Shown piece by piece: positions 58,101-64,000 of a stretch of 64,000 nucleotides of DNA; the stretch's first letter is position 1, and every line of letters starts with the position of its first letter. The notes below the pieces were generated by a model. The model was not told where the DNA came from. It did not search any database and saw only the letters and a program-made list of their open reading frames with translations. A program made the translations under genes and the position numbers. Source of the stretch: Mytilus californianus (Eukaryota); NCBI RefSeq assembly GCF_021869535.1, contig NW_026262681.1, positions 186,001 through 250,000 of the forward strand, written 5' to 3'.

Positions 58101-61100
58101 GGTCTGAAAATAAATACAACTTTACTTGCATGGTACTATATTTTTATCAGCTTCGGTAGATTTTGAATAATTACAAAACTGCAAATAGAATTAGGAAGAT
58201 GGCAATACATATTATTTATTCTGTAGTTTACGATGATGATTGACTGTTGGTGTTTAACTAACACCACTTTCAGCACACTTGGCTAATCATGGTGGCCTGT
58301 AGATTATGCTCTAGTAGAGATTAATACCACTTTATTTTTAACTGCAAGTTTTTAGCTGAGAAACAGAAATAATGTATCAGTATGTGGTTTGCTCATAGAC
58401 ATAACTCAATTAAATTTCAAGAACTTATGTCCAGTAAAGCAATGAAACATTAAAGAAACTGCAACTACATGTACATCAATCATGCTAATACTGGTGTTTG
58501 TCTTCGTGGCCTGTTATACGTGTAATCTTTCTACAATGTTCATATTTGTTTTCTGTTAACTATTGTTTGATAGTTATATATACACATGTATTTTGCATAT
58601 GTGGTAAATTGTTTTTGATTGTATCTCTCTATCGATTCAATGCATTAACTTTTTGAGAATAAAGATATATGTGTTATTACTTTCAGGAAAATAAGCAGTA
58701 TTATAATTAACAACCAAGTGAACCAACAATATTAATCATAATCATGATAATTGGAATATTTATTTTAGATGTTGCTTGTTTTGTAAGTTGGTATCTTTAA
58801 TATTTCTAATTTCCAATGCGAACATTTTGATTATACTTACAAGTGACATTCTTATTATTTTCTAAGTAAGAAAGTTGTTTAAAGCATTTTGCCTTATTCT
58901 CTAAGACATATTTAAGAACTTTACAATACTTTTCTACTTATTAAAGATTCAAAGTAATTTCAATTATGTCAGGGGAAATACAAGTTTTGCACAATTGTGT
59001 TCAATTCAGGGGGAGATAATTATATAGCATCATGATACATATCAATTCAATTTAACAGTATTTTAAGAGGCAGCAAGGTCAGAAAAAATCCACTTTTTAT
59101 TTTCAACATCCTGAAAAAGATATATACCCCAAAAATATTATCAATTTCTGTTCATAACTTTTTGTTTTGCAAAACAATAATTGACCACAGTTTAATATAT
59201 TTTGAATAATTTTGTCCCAAATAGGACATACTGTCAAATTATCTCCTATATCAGAGTTGCATTCATAATGTAGCATCATGAATATACATACAAAAATAAA
59301 AGGAGCATTAAAATCCTGCCATTATCATAGACTCTTTACTATTCACAATGCCCAAATAAATACACCTGTAATGATTCTGAAAAAAAAATCCCAATGGAGG
59401 TGTATTCACTTTATGAATGGAGATACCTTAATATGTTGGAATAAAAGTGTAAGAAATTATATATAAATATTAAATCAATAATTTCATCATTTTGTTTTTA
59501 CATAGATTTTTCTATTAATTGGATGGATTTTCAGAAAAAATATATTCACTTCTTAACAAAGAACAGTGGGCTAGTTTTTGGTTGTTCTCTCTATAGGATG
59601 CAACTTTAGCTGTTTCACAAACCACACCTCTTTTGGGGAGATATATAATATTCATAGATATATTGTTTTGTTTACATACTGGTTTCCAGATATCTCTATG
59701 TTTTATCTTATAGAGACATAACTTGGGAATGTTACCAGCATAAAAACACATGGACAGTGGCCAACTTGAATTCTTAGAAAGACCCAAAGTGAAGGGAGGG
59801 GAAGTACAGAATTTAAGAATAAGTTTAAACTACAATTGACATTTGATCTCTGAATTTCTTACCGGTCATCTTCATTCTTTGATGGAAAACTTTCAGTAAA
59901 GCTTTGTTTAGATTCAAATCTATCTATATCCCAGCTACCAGATTTATTGCTGCTGCCCCAACTACTCTCTTTACTTCCCCAGGAATTGTCTCTGTCTATA
60001 TCAAATGCACTCTCATTTCTACAATAATACAATACAATCTGATTAAAATACAGATCATGTGACCTTTGCTTCATTCTCCTTTCTGTTTTAAAGAGCTTTC
60101 GGGATTCTCTGGTTTTGTCGGGTAACTACACATCTTACAAAATTTGAAGGCTGAAATTTCATTGGCTGATGTAAAAATTACCAAAACAGCAAATAGAATG
60201 GAGTATTGTCAGATCGTTGTAAGTGAAGCTTGGACGCAGGATCTCTATTTTAATCAGATTGAATTCAGTATAACATACTGTGGATTCATTGTTATTCTTG
60301 ACTTACCAATTTTTATTGATTTCGTGGGTAAAGGTAAACCACAAATTTAAACGATCATTATACATGACATAGTATAAATTTTCTACATGTTTTTATTCAG
60401 ACTTTGGCAAAAACATGAAATCAAATATCCACGAAAAATCCATTTTTCCTCAATCCACATAAATTGGTAACCATGAAAATAGTGAATGAATCGACAGTGA
60501 ATGAAATTTACAATTCAATGTATAAAGTTTAATTTGTATAAGGAATTAATGTTTAATCACCCAAGCTTACATTGGATTAGTTTATAAAATTCGATCATAA
60601 TTCTGTTTTGCTTCTTTTTTTGTAGTTGTTCATCTGAAATTCCTGTTTCTCTCCCCCCACCCCCCGATTTGTTTAAAACCAAGTGCAAATTGTTTGCAAA
60701 TTAACATTGCATATATATATTTCCTGTGCAATTTGATTTACACTGGCCACTTATTTTTTGCAAACAACTACAGATAATGTGAAAAACAATACTATTTTGG
60801 ACCTACTATCCTTAACGGCCTGTCTACAAATGTTAGTGTTTGACATTAGATATCTCTATCAGCAAAATAGACGATTGTAGTCAGTTATACAGTCTCCAAC
60901 TATTATATATTTTTGGAATTTCTTATTTTTTAAAAATGAAACCACTAATTTTTGTCATTAATGAAAAAATAATATTTAGAATTGATTAATAACATAATTT
61001 ATACCTATTTTTCATCAATATGTATATGAAAAAGTGAAAATATTTCCATTCATTCTCAAAAATAAAATATTCTTCTTAAATAAATAGTTTAGACAAACAT

Positions 61101-63951
61101 ATAATAATTTTTTTTTTTTACAGAATTGCAAACATATTAGACAAAGCAGCTGTCAGATACTATTCACTGCTACTTACTTATTTCCTGAAAATCCCATATC
61201 ATCTAGTTCATCTTCAAAGAAATTTCTGGACCTTGAAGGTTTACTGCTGTATTTTTCTAAACGTGATTTACTGTCATTTTCTGGAGAGTCTTGGTTAATT
61301 GTCTGCATATCTGTCATAGCTGAGTGACTAACTCCTCTGAAAAAGAATTCAATATGTACTAAAGTGAAAGATAGAGATTTTTTATTTATTAATCATTTAA
61401 TTATTTTATTCAAATCATCACTTTAATGCGTTTCGAAGTCCCATTTTTGAATTTTAACATATGCAAGTATTTTATCCCGTCAATTAACATAAAATAATAA
61501 ATTTTCAATTTGTTTAGTATACATGGCAAACATCTCAGCTGGAAGTCATCCAATGTACACCATCCATTTGTACCAATTTGCAAATTTCATATTTAGTTTT
61601 TCAGTGTTTAAGATATTTACGAGGGATGAAAGTTATAATAAACAACTTAATCTCAATCCAGGCTAGTTTGCACCTATCCAATGTCAGGAGACTGTAATTC
61701 AGTAGTGTCGTTTGTTGCTGTCTATCATTTTTGTTTTTTCAGTTATTGTTTTGTCCATAAATCAAGCCATTAAGTTTTCCTTATTGAATTGCTTTACATT
61801 TGTCATATCAGGGCCTTTTATAGCTTGATATGAGGAATGGGTTTTGCTCATTCTTGAAGGCTGTACAGTATCCTATAATTGCTAACTTCTCTTTTATTTG
61901 GTCTTTGGTGGAAGGTTGTCTAATGGCAATCATAACACATCTTTTTTATTTTTACATAGTGATTTCAAAGATAAACTAGAGGCTCTAAAGAGCCTGTGTT
62001 GCTCACCTTGGTCTATGTGCATATTAAACAAAGGACACAGATGGATTCATGACAAAATTGTGTTTTGGTGATGGTGATGTGTTTGTAGATCTTACTTTAC
62101 TGAACATTCTTGCTCCTTACTATTATCTCTATCTATAATGAACTTGGCCCGGTAGTTACAGTGGAAAATATTTTGTAAAAATTTGCAAAAATTTACAAAA
62201 TTTATGAAAATTGTAAAAAAATTGACTATAAAGGGCAATAACTCCTTAAGAGGTCAATTGACAATTTTGGTCATGTTGACTTATTTGTAGATCTAACTTT
62301 GCTGTACATTATTGCTGTTTACAGTGTATCTCTATCTATAATAATATTCAAGATAATAATTAAAAGCTGCAAAATTTTCTTTAAAATAACCAATTCAGGG
62401 GCAGCAACCCAACAACATGTTGCCTGATTGGTCTGAAAATTTCAGGGCAGATAGATCTTGACCTAAAGAACAATTTTACTCATCAGATTTGCTCTAAATG
62501 CTTTGGTTTCAGAGATATGAGCCAAAAACTGCATTTTACCCTTAGTACTATTTTTTAGCCATGTCGGCCATCTTGGTTTGTGGGCAGGGTCATCGGAAAC
62601 ATTTTTTAAACGATATACCCTAATGTTGATTGTGGACAAGTTTGGTTAAATTTGTCTTAGTAGTTTCAGAGGAGAAGATTTTTGTAAAAGATTACAAAAA
62701 TTTACGAAAAATGGTTAAAAATTGACTATAAAGGGCAATAACTCCTTAAGGGGTCAATTGACCATTTTGGTAAAGTTGACTTATTTGTAGATCTTACTTT
62801 GCTGAACATTATTGCTGTTTACAGTTTATCTCTATCTATAATAATATTCAAGATAATAACCAAAAACGGCAAAATTTCCTTAAAATTACCAATTCAGGGG
62901 CAGCAACCCAACAATGGGTTGTCCGATTCATCTGAAAATTTCAGGGCAGATAGATCTTGACCTGATTAACAATTTTACAGTCAGATTTACTCTAAATGCT
63001 TTGGTTTCAGAGATATAAGCCAAAATCTACATTTTACCCCTATGTTCTATTTTTAGCCATGGCAGCCTTCTTGGTTGGTTGGCCAGGTCACCGGACACAT
63101 TTTTTAAACTAGATACCCCAATGATGATTGTGGCCAAGTTTGGTCAAATTTGGCCCAGTAGTTTCAGAGGAGAAGATTTTTGTGAAAGTTAACGACGACG
63201 GACGCCAAGTGTAAAGAAAAGCTCACTTGGCCTTTTGGGCTAGGTGGGCTAAAAAGGAAATTTTGCTACAATGTTTTACATGAACTATATATTGCTTTCA
63301 TAGCAATGTTGCATCAATTGACATTTTTTTTCAAATCAACTTGAATTAATTCATTTCACCACTTGTTATTTTTAACAATAAACTGTTGACACAGATATGT
63401 CTCGGCTGTATGTACATCTGATAGAAAAAACACAAATGCTGATATTAAAATAGCCACACTTTAACATTTAAATTAAGCAAAAGTTTCAAAGTCAATCGAC
63501 CATGACTGAGGGGGAGGAGGCAAATAATCTCCATGGAAATAAGTTGTGCCAATGCTACTTCAACTGCATACCAAATATCATAGACACACCATTAGTTGTT
63601 CACCTAAAACTGACTTAATCACAAAATTTAACAGTTTATGTTGATGCCACCATTTGAAACAGCATTCCTTAGTCTAGCTTTTTTCAACTTTGTCAAGGCA
63701 AGACAATAACCATAGCTATATCTGTTGACTAAGTCATTATGATTAGTTATATATATTTTTCGAACATAAACATTGCATCTCTCAAAGGATTATTTATACC
63801 AGGTTGTTAATATAGTACATACTTATGGCCACTAAATCCCATGCCAAGTCTCTCAAACTGTGCTGCTTTCTTTGGATCAGCAATCATTAATTTATCTTCT
63901 TGTTTCTTTCTTTCTATACTCATATCTTTGTATGCTAACTTCATAGTTGCC
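52093..63951 (-). CDS. ARFGAP2/3: ADP-ribosylation factor GTPase-activating protein 2/3 (Glo3-type), last six coding exons; 5' part outside the window
   Basis: join(63951-63823, 61336-61178, 60018-59863, 58103-57980, 57348-57145, 52110-52093), all GT-AG with compatible phases. KLAYKDM, ERLGMGF, VSHSAMTDMQTINQDSP, AQKKFGNAKAISSDQYFG, SISSDDYFG, C-terminal VRQGVTKVAGKISSIASGVMTSLQDKYGN*. Confidence 0.95.
54757..55265 (+). mobile_element. Helentron-type non-autonomous element with two ~150-bp internal tandem units
   Basis: Subterminal inverted repeat ATGCCCCCGC (54790) / GCGGGGGCAT (55251); 3' hairpin 55234-55260. Confidence 0.75.
56478..56632. mobile_element. Foldback MITE in the last ARFGAP2/3 intron
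   Basis: ~70-bp near-perfect inverted arms around a ~20-bp loop. Confidence 0.8.
57145..57348 (-). CDS. ARFGAP2/3: ARFGAP2/3 exon FETKQNL...GVMTSLQ
   Basis: 68 codons, phase 0-0; second Glo3 motif and amphipathic tail. Confidence 0.95.
57980..58103 (-). CDS. ARFGAP2/3: ARFGAP2/3 exon PSRSRK...ISSDQYFGGRDSD
   Basis: First Glo3 motif. Confidence 0.95.
59863..60018 (-). CDS. ARFGAP2/3: ARFGAP2/3 exon NESAFDID...KNEDDR
   Basis: Phase 2-2; TATTGTAG acceptor, GTAAGA donor. Confidence 0.9.
61178..61336 (-). CDS. ARFGAP2/3: ARFGAP2/3 exon GVSHSAMTDMQTINQDSP...GFSGN
   Basis: Phase 2-2; TTTTTTCAG acceptor, GTAAGT donor. Confidence 0.93.
61665..61950 (-). mobile_element. Dispersed repeat family A copy (diverged)
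   Basis: TTTGCTCATTCTTGAAGGCTGTACAGT...GGCAATCATAACACATCTT. Confidence 0.7.
61973..63255 (+). mobile_element. Helentron-type non-autonomous element with two 500-bp internal tandem units
   Basis: 5' AAACTAGAGGCTCTAAAGAGCC..GCTCACC; units start ATTGACTATAAAGGGCAATAACTCC at 62221 and 62721; 3' hairpin 63220-63250. Confidence 0.8.
63823..63951 (-). CDS. ARFGAP2/3: ARFGAP2/3 exon ATMKLAYKDM...ERLGMGFSGH
   Basis: Phase 2-2; TTTTACAG acceptor, GTATGT donor. Confidence 0.93.
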
Positions 63952-64000
63952 CTGTAAAATATGCTAAATCTGTCAATATATAGCTTTAAATTTGATAATC

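Noticed and set aside
52111-63822. Intronic C/D-box snoRNAs in ARFGAP2/3
   Set aside because: No correctly spaced box C/box D pair with terminal stem was found on the gene strand by eye; a computational scan is needed to exclude them

Overview
AT-rich eukaryotic genomic DNA. The dispersed repeat families look like those of a bivalve mollusc, probably Mytilus; this is recognition from memory, not a database search. I reconstructed two spliced genes by hand, both on the minus strand and mostly missed by the ORF track. The first is a complete 7-exon chymotrypsin-like S1A serine protease (23702->13957, 273 aa, His/Asp/Ser triad intact, Ser189). The second is the last six coding exons of an ARFGAP2/3 (Glo3-type) orthologue (63951->52093), which continues beyond the window. 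Three orphan ORFs/exons lie at 30.2, 38.5 and 41.2 kb. The rest is a mosaic of mobile DNA: an internally deleted BEL/Pao LTR element, a pogo-like transposase relic, a CACTA-like element, five Penelope-like RT fragments, Helentron-type non-autonomous elements with satellite cores, many MITEs, and 36-, 40- and 45-bp tandem arrays. The main finding is a ~541-bp tandem unit in intron 5 of the protease gene. It carries two intact minimal type-I hammerhead ribozymes in the sense orientation of the pre-mRNA (retrozyme architecture). Three further hammerhead-like motifs of other families occur at 8.8, 15.4 and 26.9 kb. Coordinates were counted by hand. Exon boundaries were checked by codon counts; repeat boundaries are approximate (a few to tens of bp).
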